DNA of 62,974 nt, the filler included, from Chiloscyllium plagiosum (lineage: Eukaryota), in assembly GCF_004010195.1 (NCBI RefSeq). It is 4 parts of one record of this genome, joined end to end, with 100 filler letters (N's around TTAATTAATTAA, not from the genome) between each part and the next. Parts side by side here need not be neighbours in the genome. Positions count along the whole stretch, not along the records: positions 31,943 to 58,889 come from NC_057711.1; 3 more parts are not named here. One strand, 5' to 3'. Position 1 is the stretch's first letter, and the number at the start of each line of letters is the position of its first letter. A program made the translations under genes and the position numbers. Under the pieces are notes generated by a model, which saw only the letters and a list, made by a program, of their open reading frames with translations, ran no database searches and had not been told where the DNA came from. This document shows, in pieces, positions 38,450 to 52,596 of this stretch.

Positions 38450-39690
38450 TGGAAAGCTCTGAAAAAGGAATGGCCCAGATGAAGTCCCTGGCTTTGCACT
38501 CAGATCCTGCACAGAGTATTCACCGACATCTTTAACCTCTCCTTACGACAATCTGAAGTCCCCACGTGCTTCAAGACCACCATCATCCCAATGCCAAAGA
38601 AAACTCATGAAGACTGGCTCAACAACTATCACCTCCATAATTATGAAGTATAGTCATGGGTCCAATCAACTCTCACCTCCCAGTTTGCCTTGATCCCTCG
38701 CAATTCGCCTATTGTTACAATAGGTTTCACAGTATACACCATCTCCCTTGCATTCCACTCATCCTAGAACATCTGGATAATAAGATAACCTATGTCAGGC
38801 TCTTACTTATTGACAACAGCTCCACCTTCAACAACATAATTCAAATTAAACTCAAACTTGATACCCAAGTCTCTGCTCCACCCTCTGCAAATGGGGCCTC
38901 AACTTCCTGACCCACAGACTGTAAACAGTAAGAATAGAGAACACCTCTTCCATGATAGTCATCAATACTGGCACCCCACAAGACCACATACCCAGCCCCT
39001 TACTGCACTCCCGATAACAGTCATGACTGTTATGGCCACATTTCATCCAAAGGTGGGTTCGCTGACACCACCACCATTGTAGGCCAGATCACAATAATGA
39101 GACAGAATACAGGAAAGAGAGAATGCGCTTGGTGTTAGAACAAAGCTTCCTCAATGTCAGCAAAATGAAAGAGCTGGTCATTGACTTCAGGAAGCAGGGT
39201 GAAGGGCATGCCCCTGTCTACATCAACGGTGCTGAGGTGGAGATGGTCACGAGTGTTAAGTTTCAAGGAGTGATGATCACCAACAATCCATCCTGGTCCA
39301 CCCACATTGATGGTACGCTCAAGAAAGCACAACAATACCTCTACTTCTTCAGGAAGTTGAGGAAATTCAACATGTCCGTAAATGCTTTTACCAATTCTTA
39401 TAGATGCACCACAGAAAGCATTCTATCCGGACGCATCATGGATTGGTATGGCAACTTCTCTGCACAGGACCGTAAAAAACTACACAGTTGTGAACACAGC
39501 CCAGTCCATCACATAAACTAACCTTTGATCTATTGACTACAGCTATATTCCTCACTGCCTCAGGCAGACCACTCCCAGCAAGTTATAATCTCTTCCAACT
39601 TCTTCTATTGGGCAGAAGATACAAAAGCTTATACACCCATACAAACAGATTCAGGAACAGCTTCTATCCCACTATTATTAGACTTCTAAT
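38450..39690 (+). mobile_element. Rex1/Babar-like LINE, decayed RT
   Basis: LDPSQFAY, YVRLLLID.SSTFN, LNVSKMKELVIDFRK, KKAQQYLYFFRKL. Confidence 0.87.
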
Positions 39691-39879
39691 TGGACTTATC
39701 AAATTTTAATATTGATATTATCAAAATGCATCACCTCACATTTATCAGCATACATTCCATGTATCACTGATATGCCCATTTGACCAATCCCTTATATCCT
39801 CTTGTAACTCAACACCTTCCTCCTCAATGTCAACCACCCAGCTAATCTTTGTCATCTGCACACTTACCATCCCCATGAT

Positions 39880-42800
39880 TCGATTGGTGGTGTAGTGGAC
39901 AGCAAAGAAGGTTACCTCAGAGTTCAGCAGGACTTTGATCAGATGGGCCAATGGGTTGAGGAGTGGCAGATGGAGTTTAATTTAGATAAATGGGAGGTGC
40001 TGCATTTTGGAAAGGCAAATCAGAGCAGGACTTATACAATTAATGGTAAGGTCCTGAAGAGTGGTCCTGAACAAAGAGGCCTCGGAGTGCAGACAGAATA
40101 GTGAAGGAGGGGTTTGGTATGCTTGCCTTTATTGATCAGTGCATTAAGTATAGGAGTTGGGAAGTCACGCTGCAACTGTACAGGACATTGGTTAGGCCAC
40201 GTTTGGTACACTGCATGCAATTCTGGTATCCCTGCTATAGCAAAGATGTTGTGAAACTTGAAAGGGTTCAGAAAAGATTTACAAAGATGTTGCTAGGGTT
40301 GGAGGGTTTGAGCTATAGGGAGAGGCTGAGGCTATTTCCCTAGAGCGGAGCGGCTGATGGGTGACTTTATAAAGATTTATAAAATTATGAGAGGCATTGA
40401 TAGGGTGAATAAACAAGGCTCCATAATGGCTACTAAATCATATTCATTCACAATGATTTGCGCTGCTAACTCATCGACCTTGTAACGAACGCTACGAGCA
40501 TTCAGGTAAAAGTACCCTTATGCTAGTTTCTATACTCATGATTTCCAATATCTCTAATAATATCATGAGTTATCCTTTTTTCACTTCTTTCGTACTCTGC
40601 CTTGTAGTTAAACCCTCCTGTGCACATGCTAACCTGCTGCTTACCTTTTTATTTACCATCACACTTCCAGTCATTTTCCCCTCACTCACTAGTTGAAAGT
40701 CCTAGTGACCACCCTATTTATCCTTTTCACTAAAACACCGGTTCCAGATCAGTTCAGGTAGAGCGCATCCCATTGGTATAGATCCCTCCTGTTCCAAAAC
40801 TGATGCAAATGTCCCATGAAATAGAACTCCTCTTTCCCACACGACTCCCTTAACCACGTGTTTACTTCTTATCCCTAAACCAATTTGCATGTGGATCAGG
40901 TAGTAATCTGGAGATTATAACCCTCGAGAGCCTGTTCCTTAATTTCGATCATAGTGCTTGGTAATCACCAGACATGTCACCCTTCCTAGCCTTGTCTATG
41001 TTGTGGTCCATGTCGGGACAGATAACAACTGGATCCTCCCCCTCCTGCTCCAATATCTTTTCAAGACAGTCAGAGATGTCCTGCAGCCTGGCACTGGGCA
41101 GGCAACACACCATGCAGGACTCCCAAAGCTTGCAAAGGATACCATCTACCCCTCCAATTATGGAATTTCCTAAAATCCCACATTTCATTTTGCTCCCCCC
41201 TCCCTCTTGAACGGCATTCCTACAACATGGTGCTGTGGTCAACTAGCTCATTCCTCCTCCCCTCCCCGTCCCCCCACACCCATTTTCCTCATCTACACAG
41301 GGAGCAAGTACCTCATACCTGTTGGACAAAGTCAAGAGCGGAGGCTCCCCAGTTCCTAGACTCAGGATCCCCCATCTACCACCCTGCTGTCCCTGATTAC
41401 TGGTTGAATTTGAATTAATTAGTCTACCAGGTGTGACTGCCATCTGAAACGAAGTGTCCAGGTAACTCTTCCCCCTCCAGATGTGCTGAAGTGTTTGAAA
41501 CTCAGATTCCAGATCATCAATTCTGAGCCGGAAGTACTCTAGCAACCAACTTACTGCAGATGTGATCACTGCAGTTTACAATGGGATCAGCCAGCTCCCA
41601 CATTAACTACAGCACATCACCTGCCCAGCCACCTCTACTTAAATTTATATAAATTAATAAAGCATGAGCTAATTTCTATACTTCTCAGATATCCTCTTTT
41701 TAAAGCTTACTACAGATTTCCTACCAGCTAATCAGGTCAGTTTCCCTGTGACGTCACTCCAGTATTTTTCTCAGAGACGGTGAGTCTTACGCTCACTCCG
41801 TGCTTCTGCTCCCCCTTTCAACTACTCCCCACAGACTGGGTTAGTACTTAGATGGAAGACTAGGTGCAGTCAGCATTAATGAACTGTCACAGAAAGTGGT
41901 GGAGGCTGTTACAATTTCAGCATTTAAAACATATCTGGACAGGTGCATGAATAGGGAGGGTTTAGAGGGATATGGGCCAAATGCTGGGAAATGAGACTAG
42001 ATTAATTTAGGATATCTGGTTGGCATGGACAAGTTGGACCCAAGGATCTATTTCCATGCTGTACATCTCTATGAATCTATCTACATCATTTACGAATATC
42101 ACAAACACTAAGGGACCCAGAACTGATCTTTGTAGTTTGCCACTGGTCACCAGCCTCCAGCTACCAAGGCAATTTTGAATCCAACTTGTCAAGTTATCCT
42201 GGACTTTATGTGCTTTTACCTCAATCAGTAGTCCATCTGGAACCTTGTCAAAGGTCTTGCTGAAATCCATATAAACTATATCAACTACCCTAGCCTCATC
42301 TACACACTTGGTCACCTCCTCAAAACATTCAACCAGTTTACTTTTTAAAATGCATGATATGCATGATGAAAGCCATGCTGACTAGCCCTAATCAAATTTA
42401 CTTCTCCAAATGGAGATTAATTTTCTTCTTCAATACGTTCCCTACCATTAATTAGACAGTCACCAATCTGCACTCCCTCGTCTATCTCTACCACCCTTCT
42501 GTCCTGCAGTCCTCGAGCATTTCCTGTCACGAGAGATCATTAAAAGTTTGGGCCAGAGTCCTGATTAGAATATTTCCTCCTTCATCTCCCACAACAGCTT
42601 GGGATACAACTTATCCAGATCTGGGGATTATCCACTATTAAATCCGCTAAAACCTTCAATACTTCTTTGCTTCCTTTATCAAAATGCTCAAAATCTTTAC
42701 AGTCCATCTTCTCTAATTCTGTACTCGTATCCTCCTCCTTCTGAGCAGACAGATAGGAGTTACTCATTTAATAGTCTACCAGTATCCTTTGACTTCACAC

Positions 42801-43300
42801 ACAAATTGCCCCTTGGTGTCTAATAGGCCCTGCTGTTTCCCCATTTGTTCTCTTCCCCTTGATATGCTTGCAGAATATCTTGGGAATCTCCCTAATCTTG
42901 CCTGCCAGTATTTCTTTTTCTGTGCTCCTTCAATCTCCCAATTGTGTTCTTAAATAGCCTCCTGCATTATCTATACTTCTCTATGGCCTCTATTGTTTTG
43001 CTCCCTTTATACATCCTCTTCTTTTTATCCAGTCCTGAATATCTGTACACATCCAGTATTTCTATGTGCTTGGTGCTCCTACATTTTACCCGAAAGGAAA
43101 AATGTTGTTGCTGTACTCTCCCCAGGATCTTGGTGAATGCCTCCTACTGTTCTGCTGTAGCTTCACACTGAATAACTGAGACTATTTGGGCCAGATCCTG
43201 TTTTTTTTAAAATAAGATCTGCCTTACCTCAATCCAAAGCCTTTTTGCATTGGATTGGAGCAAGGCAGATTTTATTAAAATACAGCATAATCTGGCCAAA
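39880..43300. mobile_element. Mosaic of CR1 fragments (RT +, ORF1 -, RT/EN -)
   Basis: QMEFNLDK, MVCCLPSARLQDI and YMDFSKTFDKVP motifs. Confidence 0.75.
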
Positions 43301-43857
43301 GCAGATGGGAAACAGCTAGGTAAAATCTACAGCAAAACAGGGGGATGCATTCAAAAATGAAATTAGCAAGATTACAAGCCCAACATGCTCCCTGGTCAGA
43401 TGAAATACAGAAACAATCCCAAAGAATCCACATATTGAGGGATATTCAGGACTGGATAAAAAGGATAAGAAGCATGTAACAGGTACAAAAGAAGCAAATC
43501 AATGAAGGTCTGAGTGGAGAAAGGTGGTGTTTGGGGGCAACGGGCAGCACCTGACAGCAATTAGGATAGCAAACACACCAAGAGGAAAGAGGATAACTAA
43601 GCAAAGAATGTAGCCCATTAAGGACTAAGGGAGCAATCTATACATGGAGCTGGAGGTCAGTGCTCCAGTGTCAAACAAGCACTTCACATGTCTTCACTTT
43701 GGAGGAGGAAGGGGCACAGAATTCAGGTAGAGCGATTGCAAGTTTCTTGAGCAGTTTGACATAGGGAGTGTGAGGAGGTATTGAAGGTGTTAGCAGGCGT
43801 ACAAGTAGACAAACTCCCAGATCCGGATAAACTGAATCCCAGGCAGCTGTGAGTCAT

Positions 43858-45245
43858 GGAGTCATAGAGATGCACAGCATGGAAACAGACCCTTCGGTCC
43901 AACCTGTCCATGCCAACCAGATTCCCAACCCAATCTAGTCATACCTGCCAGCACCCGGCCCATATCCTTCCAAACCCTTCCTATTCATATACCCATCCAA
44001 ATGCCTCTTAAATGTTGCAACTGTACAACCCTCCACCACTTCCTCTGGCAGCTCATTCCATACACGTACCACCCTCTGCATGAAAAAGTTGCCCCTTTGG
44101 TCTCTATTATATTTTCCTCCTCTCACTCTAAACCTATGCCCTCTAGTTCTGGACTCCCCTACCCCAGGGAAAAGACTTTGCTTATTTATCCTATCCATGC
44201 CCCTCAACTTTGTAAACCTCCATAAGGTCACCCCTCAGCCTCTGATGCTCCAGGGAAAACAGCCCCAGCCTGTTCAGCCTCTCCCTGTAGTTCAGATCCT
44301 CCAACCCTGGCAACATTCTTGTAAATCTTTTCTGAACCCTTTCATGTTTCACAACATCTTTGCAATAGGAAGGAGACCAGAATTGCACGCAATATTCCAA
44401 CAGTGGCCTAACCAATGTCCTGTACAGCCGCAACATGACCTCCCAACTCCTGTACTCAATACTCTGACCAATAAAGGAAAGCATACCAAANNNNNNNNNN
44501 NNNNNNNNNNNNNNNNNNNNNNNNNNNNNNNNNNNNNNNNNNNNNNNNNNNNNNNNNNNNNNNNNNNNNNNNNNNNNNNNNNNNNNNNNNNNNNNNNNNN
44601 NNNNNNNNNNNNNNNNNNNNNNNNNNNNNNNNNNNNNNNNNNNNNNNNNNNNNNNNNNNNNNNNNNNNNNNNNNNNNNNNNNNNNNNNNNNNNNNNNNNN
44701 NNNNNNNNNNNNNNNNNNNNNNNNNNNNNNNNNNNNNNNNNNNNNNNNNNNNNNNNNNNNNNNNNNNNNNNNNNNNNNNNNNNNNNNNNNNNNNNNNNNN
44801 NNNNNNNNNNNNNNNNNNNNNNNNNNNNNNNNNNNNNNNNNNNNNNNNNNNNNNNNNNNNNNNNNNNNNNNNNNNNNNNNNNNNNNNNNNAGTTGTCCAC
44901 CACCGAGGTCAGGCTCACTGGTCTATAATTCCCTGGCTTGTCTTTACCGCCCTTAAATAGTGGCACCACGTTTGCCAACCTCCAGTCTTCCGGCACCTCA
45001 CCTGTGACTATCGATGATACAAATATCTCAGCAAGAGGCCCAGCAATCACTTCTCCAGCTTTCCACAGAGTTCTCGGGTACACCTGATCAGATCCTGGGG
45101 GATTTATCCATCTTTAACTGTTTCAAGGCATCCAGCACTTCCTCCTCTGTAACCTGGACATTTTGCAAGATATCACCATCTATTTCCCTACAGTCTATAT
45201 CTTCCATATCCTTTTCCACAGTAAATACGGATGCAAAATATTCAT
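43858..45245 (-). mobile_element. CR1 ORF2 3' part with an internal gap
   Basis: PEDWRLANVVPLFK..PGNYRPVSLTS and RPLLEYCVQFWSP. Confidence 0.9.
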
Positions 45246-46494
45246 TTATTAGAGATGAGGGAGGACATTAAAAAGGAACTCGGAACCAAAATTTTACTAA
45301 AGTTGGCACAGGAGTGATGACAGAACTGAAGACAACATGTGCGGTTCGATTTTTCATGGATAGTAGAGATAAACCAGGGAATTACAGACTAGGAAGTCAG
45401 ACATCTGTAGTAGGGAAATTATTGGAGAAAATTTGGAATTAAAAGAGTTGTTCTCCAAATGGAGATTAAGGTTTGATCACAGATAGTCAACATGAGGTCA
45501 GCATGTCAGAGGTGGTCAGGGATCATCTGAGGTGAGGGAGCATCTGAGGTGCAGAAGAATCGACACTTCGGGCAAGAGCACTTCCTGATGAAGGAGACTT
45601 TCTCCTCAAGAAGTTCAACAACATCCAAGACGAAAGCAGCCACTCGATTCTTTGCAGATGTGGTACCATTCACTCCATCTAACACCACAGACACTTGGTG
45701 GCAGCAGTGTGTACCACTTACAAGATGCACTGCAAAAATTCACCAAGGCTCTTTAGATAGCACCTTCCAAATCCACAACTACTACCATCTTGAAGGTATA
45801 AAAAGGTAGCAGATACATGGGACCACCACACTTGCATGTTCCCTTGCAAGACACTCTCTATCCCTAACCTGGAAAACAATGTTGCTCTTCAACATCACTG
45901 GAGTCAAAATCCTGGAACACTTTTCTTAGTAGCATTATGATCTAGGACTACAAATGGACTGCAGTGGTTCAAGGCAGCAGTTCACCATCACCTTCTCAAG
46001 GGCAATTAGGGATGGCCCATAAATACTGGCTTAGGCAACAATACCCACATCCCTTAAACTAATTTTTAAAAATACAACCAACAGACATACATATTAAAAA
46101 TAAGAAACAAGTTCAAAAAAGATAAAATTCAAGATACTCTCTAATTTCTTAGCAAGAGTTGAACATCGAGACTGTTGCAATGAAGGTTACCAGTAGTAAT
46201 ATGTTGGGAGTTAAACCACCAATTTCAACATAGTTAAATTTGCAAGCTGATTGAGATTCTGTGTTCAGTTTCCTTTTAAATGTGACAGAATTCCAGCATA
46301 TCCTTTTGTTTGGCTGCCAGTTAGTTGACTTTTAGCGCAAAGTGAGAAATGTCCTTTAACTGCAACACAGGCATAGTTTGGGGATCATTCTTCATCTGTG
46401 ACCTTCACAGCATGCTGACACTCAAACCCACGCTAGTAGACATGGGTAATTCAGCTTAGTGGTATATATAAGATTTTCAGTTTCTCTAGCACAC

Positions 46495-47630
46495 TCCATA
46501 AGACCACAAGACATTGGAGTGGAATTTAGGCCATTTGGCCCATCAAGTCCACTGCGCGTTTTAAATCATGGCTGATGGGCATTTCAACTTCATTTACCCA
46601 CATTCTCCCCGTAGTCCTTAATTCCTTGCAAGATCAAGAAGTTATCAATCTCTGCCTTGAAGACATCTAGTGTCCCGGCCTCCACTGCGCTCCGTGACAA
46701 TGAATTCCACAGGCCCACCACTCCCTGGCTGAAGAAATGTCTTCTCATTTCATTCTGAATTGACCCCTCTAATTCTAAGGCTGTGCCCACAGGTCCTAGT
46801 CTCCCCGCTTAATGGAAACAACTTCCCAGCGTTCACCCTTTCTAAGCCATGCATTATCTTGTAAGTTTCTATTAGATCTCCCCTCAACATTTTAAACTCT
46901 AATGAATACAATCCCAGGATCCTCAGCTATTCATCATGTCAGGCCTACCATTCCAGGGATCATCAGTGTGAATCTCTGCTGGATATGCTCCAATGCCAGT
47001 ATGTCCTTCCTGAGGTGTGGGGCCCAAAATTGGACACAGTATTCTAAATGGGGACCAACTAGAGCTTTATAAAGTCTCAGAAGCACAGTACTGCTTTTAT
47101 ATTCCAACCGTCGAGATAAATGACAACATCACATTCACTTTGTTTATCATGGACTCAACCTGCAAGTTAGAGAATCTCAAACTAGCACTCCAGATCCCTT
47201 TGTACTTCGGCTTTAGGAATTTTATCACCCTTTAGAAAATAGTCCATGCCGTATTCTTTTTTCCAAAGTACAAGACCTCGCATTTCCTGGACCATTCTCC
47301 TAAACTGTCTAAATCTTTCTGCAGCCTCCCCATATCCTCAGTACTCATATTATAATCGGCAAACTTCTCCAGAATGTCCCCAGTCCCTTCATCCAGATCA
47401 TTAATATATAAAGTGAGCAGCTGCAGCTCTAACACTGAATCCTGTGGGACACCTCTTGTCACTGGCTGCCATTCCAAAAAAAGAACCTTTTATCCCAACT
47501 CTCTGCATTCTGGCAGACAGCCAATCCTCAATTCATGCCAGTAGCTCACCTCAAACAACCTGGGCCCTCACCTCACTCAGCAGTCTTCCATGAGGCACCT
47601 CATCAAAGGCCTTTTGGCAGTCTAGATAAC
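46495..47630 (-). mobile_element. CR1 (TCTTATGG-tail subfamily) 3' part
   Basis: GVPQDSVL...KFAD; CCATAAGA repeats at the terminus. Confidence 0.85.
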
Positions 47631-49313
47631 ACCCACTTATCTAGATGAAACTGGCTTTTTAACACTTTTTTGTGAATTCTTCAAAATGGAGAAACACAAA
47701 GTATACCTGCAGTTCATGGCATAATCGACAAAAACCAGTTTGCTGTCGAGCAAGGGACATCAACACCTTGTTATGTTTGCAGTCATGAGCAATCACAGTC
47801 CAGTCTGTTTGAATTGCCTCTCCCAACTTTAAAAAGTGTTACTAATTGAAGATCTTTTATTATATTTAAGTGTGACATTCCACCATCCTGTCTTTCTCCA
47901 GGCAGCCACGTAATTTGCATTGTAGTCATTTTTAGCCATAATTCAAGCTGCAAATATCCTTTCAAAGGACTTTTAGGTTCTGACCCATGGTCATGACACT
48001 GTCAGATTATTCATGTTGACCGATTAAGTAATAACTGCTAAGTACAGGTCATAAGCTACCATGTCAACTGACAATTATTGACAGTATTGAACGTTGTCAC
48101 TGACTACTCTCCAACACAACTCCAGCAACTTCAAAGATCCTGGACAGCACCTTCCAAACCCATGACCATTTCCATGCAGAAGGACAAGGGCAGCAGATAC
48201 ATGGGAACACCACCACTGCACGTTTCCCTCCAACCCACTCACCATCCTGACTTGGAAATATATCACAGTTTCTTCAGTGTCACTGGCTCAAAATCCTAGA
48301 ATTCCCTCCCTAAAGGCATTGTGGGCCAACCTATAGAATGTCAACTGCAGTGGTTCAAGGAGACAGTTCACCACCACATTCTCAATGACAACCAGTGACA
48401 GGCAATAAATACTGACCAGCTAGGGACACCCACATCCCACAAGTGAAAGAAATGAATTAGCATGATTATAACACTGAAACTTACCTTTGTCATTTCATCT
48501 TATTTTGTCACTTGAATAAATTTCAAAGGAGGAAAAAGGTGCTCTTTTTCTATTACTACTCTTCTCAGTCCCTAAGTAGTTAGTTCTTACTTTGATATGG
48601 GGAGGTGAGAGACGATTGGTGAGTAGTTAGTAAATTATTTTTAGTAATAAATAGTTTTGTTATGTTATGGCAGATAAACTCAGCTAGTGGAAGGTACATC
48701 CTGCAATAGATGTGAAGTTGTAGAGGCAGCATGTATCCTACTGAAACACACCTGCAGGAAGTGTCATTTATAGCTTTTTATTATTTCTACCTATGCCTAC
48801 ATTCATCAGTGATAGTTCAACTTATTTTGTAAGCAAAAAGTTCAAAAACTAATGGACAAATTTCAATCAAACTTGGCACATGAATAATGGAAATACAAAC
48901 CCTGGAACTTTATTAAAAGATACATCTGTTAACATGGAGAGATAGGGAAATTGATGATTTTAAAAAGAGATTGTTGTGGATTATCTCAGCTGCAATTGTA
49001 AAATTGCTCATATTTTAACAGCTGTGACCAGAGTTCAGTTCTGAAGGGTCACTGGACCTGAAACTTTAACTCTGCTTTCTCTCCAAAGATGTGATCAGAC
49101 CTACTGAGTGTTTCCAAAACATTCTGATTTTGTTTCTGAGTGTTCTCAGATTAGGTTGTTGGAAGTGTATTAGCCTGAAGCCACCTCAGTGAGACAACAG
49201 CACTTAGAAGATATTTTTTCAAACTTTGTAGCTGCAGAGCATCAATAAGACAAAAAGTCTCAAAAGAACTGTGTAATTTTAAGTTCATTAATAGTGCACC
49301 CTCTTAGTTTGTT

Positions 49314-49628
49314 TATTAGATTAGATTACTTACAGTGTGGAAACAGGCCCTTCGGCCCAACAAGTCCACACCGACCCGCCGAAGCGAAACCCACCCATAC
49401 CCCGACATTTACCCCTTACCTAACACTACTGGCAATTTAGCATGGCCAATTCACCTGACCTGCACATCTTTGGACTGTGGGAGGAAACCGGAGCACCCGG
49501 AGGAAACCCACGCAGACACGGGGAGAATGTGCAAACTCCACACAGTCAGTCGCCTGAGTCGGGAATTGAACCCGGGTCTCATGGCGCTGTGAGGCAGCAG
49601 TGCTAACCACTGTGCCACCGTGCCGCCC
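49314..49628 (-). mobile_element. Full-length HE1-type tRNA SINE
   Basis: GGGCGGCACGGTGGCACAGTGGTTAGCAC (box A), GGGTTCAATTCCC (box B), CR1-like 3' end, (TCTAA)n tail. Confidence 0.9.
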
Positions 49629-51012
49629 ACAAATCTGTATGATTTTCAAAAAACGTCTTTCTGGGCCTAGCTTTCAAATTTACTCAACTATAACCAAACA
49701 AAACATAAGTAAAACGTTAAATCTGTCTTTCATCCTCTTGTATATTTTCCCAATAAAATTTTGAAAGTAAATTTTAACTTGAGGTATCTGGGGAAATCCA
49801 GATTCTTTTTGGTTTTTCTTTGTTTAATCTTTAAACATTATAGAAGTGCTTCACTGGATACAAGATTCTTTTGGTTTGTTCTTAAAAGGTTTTAAACATT
49901 ACATAAAAAGTGGGACACCGAGCTGATCCAGAGGAGCTTAATATTCAAAGCCGCAAGCTTGCTTTTATATCTAAAGGAGAACAACAAAGTAGATAGGTGA
50001 ATGAAACAAATTTGACTAACTTATGTTGGATTCCTGGCAGCCTGCCCAGCAGGTCTCTTATTTTTTTAATACCCTTTAACAAAATTGCAATGAAAGTTTG
50101 CAAATTCAACAGTTTGGTTTTTGAATTAAAATGTTTAGATACCAAAATGTTACCCCAACATTAAGAGGCAGACCTCAAGAAAATCATAATTTGCAAGTTC
50201 CTCTTATAGCATTGCTCCTCTTTCAGTGTTCTAGGATCAAAAATACTGAAACTTCCTAACAGCATTATGGCTACCCAACAATCGAAGGAATGCTATGGTT
50301 CAAGTAAACAGCAGCTTTCATCACTACCAGCTTTTACAAGACAAAAATGGCCAATAAGTACTGACCTAGCAATGTCCATATACCATGATTTTTTTTAATC
50401 CCTTGAGAAAACATTATTTGACCCCTGTTCTGCATTGGAGATCTTTTGAAATAGCCTAGACAGCAGCTATAATAGATTTTTGGTGATTAGACTCATGAAT
50501 AGACTGAATAAGAAATCATTCTGATTATTTATCCAAGTAATTAAAATGTTTTAAATATTAAAAGCTGAAGGGAAGTACAACTATAATGTAGAAATTCATT
50601 TTGATTTTAGCGGTGGAGTTTGGTGGTTCTTGATATCCAAAGGAATACCATGAGTGGCTGGGCCAAAGAAGTTTCCACATCAAGTGCAATTTCTAATTGA
50701 CATCCATGCCAAACCTGCAATGGAGTCATCAGTCATGTGACGACCCACAGATGAAGATTAAATCAGTGAAGGCTTGGTCATACTACACACAGAATCTACC
50801 ACAGTCCACCCTCCACCCTAGGTACTACATCACCACGTTCCAAATAAAAATCAGACACTTCAAAACAGTATTGAGGCACAAAACCCTAATTAAAACATGC
50901 GCGCACACACACGCGCACTTATATAAAAATCAAGAAATTAAGGCTACAGACCTAGTGCTAAGAAGTCGGACCACTGCAGGCAATAGTGTACTTTTGATGG
51001 GACAGACTCAAT

Positions 51013-51965
51013 GGAGAGCAGTAGCTGTGATCTATATGGACTTCAGTAAGGTGTTCGACAAGGTTCCCCATGGCAAACTGATTAGCAAGGTTAGATCTCA
51101 TGGAATACAGGGAGAACTAGCCATTTGGATACAGAACTGGCTCAAAGGTAGAAGACAGAGGGTGGTGGTGAAGGGGGCTTGTTTTTCAGACTGGAGGCCT
51201 GTGACCAGTGGAGTGCCACAAGGATCAGTGCTGGGCCCTCTACGTTTTGTCATTTACATCAATGATTTGGATGCGAGCACAAGAGGTATGGTTAGTAAGT
51301 TTGAAGATGACACCAAAGTTGGAGGTGTAGTGGACAGCAAAGAGGGTTACGTCAGATTACAACAGGATCTGGACCAGGTGAACCAATGGGCTGAGAAGTG
51401 GCAGATGGAGTTTGATTCAGATAAATGCGAGGTGCTGCATTTTGGGGGAAGCAAATCTTAGCCAGACTTATACACTTAATGGTAAGGTCCTAGGGAGTGT
51501 TGCTGAACAAAGAGACCTTGGAGTGCAGGTTCATAGCTCCTTGAAAGTGGAGTTGCAGGTAGATAGGATAATGAAGGCGGCGTTTGGTATGCTTTCCTTT
51601 ATTGGTCAGAGTATTGACTACAGGAGTTGGGAGGTCATGTTGTGGCTGTGCAGGACATTGGTTAGGCCACTGTTGGAATATTGCGTGTAATTCTGGTCTC
51701 CTTAGGGGAAAGATATAAAAGAGACCTAAGGGGCAACGTTTTCACGGGGGGGGGGGGGGGTACGTACGTATATGGAATGAGCTGCCAGAGGATGTGGTGG
51801 AGGCTGGTACAATTGCAACATTTAAGAGACATTTGGATGGGTATATGAATAGGAAGGGTTTGGAGGGCTGGGTGCTGGCAGGTGGGACTAGATTGGGTTG
51901 AGATATCTGTCGGCGTGGACGGGTTGGACCGAAGGGTCTGTTTCCATGCTGTACATCTCTATGAC
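51013..51965 (+). mobile_element. 5'-truncated CR1 with an internal deletion
   Basis: YMDFSKVFDKVPH...GVPQGSVLGP...KFEDDTK. Confidence 0.9.
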
Positions 51966-52596
51966 TAAAGGGCCTCTTCTGTATTGCATGATTCCACATT
52001 TAATGGCACAGCAAAGTCAAGATGTCATAAATAAAGCTGGATGAAGATTAACAGCCTACCTGCATACCTACATACACAATAATGAAAATGCACAAAAGGG
52101 GCAGACAAGCACACACTCAATGAGGATGAAACAAGCTACCAGTCTCTTGTGAATGCACAGAACAAGCAGCTCCTTTGAGCTGAAAACTTATAATTAATGC
52201 CTTCAATTCAGATCAAATATATTAAAATAGCCAACATATTAAAAATTAATCTTGTTTATGTATTCAATGTAATTGTTAAATACTGTAAGAGTCAACTTGG
52301 CAGCAACCAAAAGAGTTCTAAAGCAAAACCTAATTAGCATGTATTTTGTCTAGCTGGGCTAGCTAAAACAATTAAGTTTAAAGCTGCATACAGGCATCTA
52401 CTGAGGCAACTACTAATTGAATTGTCTAATGAACTATACTCACTGTAGCATCTGCATTTTTTTAACTAAAGAAATTCTTTAAATTTAAAAATGATATCAG
52501 AAATGTTTATGAGTAATAGAGGTATTTTATGCTTAATACTTTAAATGTGCTCTCAAAATTAAAGTTAGCTGAACTTACGAGCATAAACAACTTGGC

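Noticed and set aside
49540..49628. tRNA gene
   Set aside because: It is the tRNA-derived head of the HE1 SINE.
50697..51461. 254-aa ORF as a chimeric gene
   Set aside because: Random upstream frame fused to a truncated CR1 RT with a mutated catalytic motif context (FEDD).
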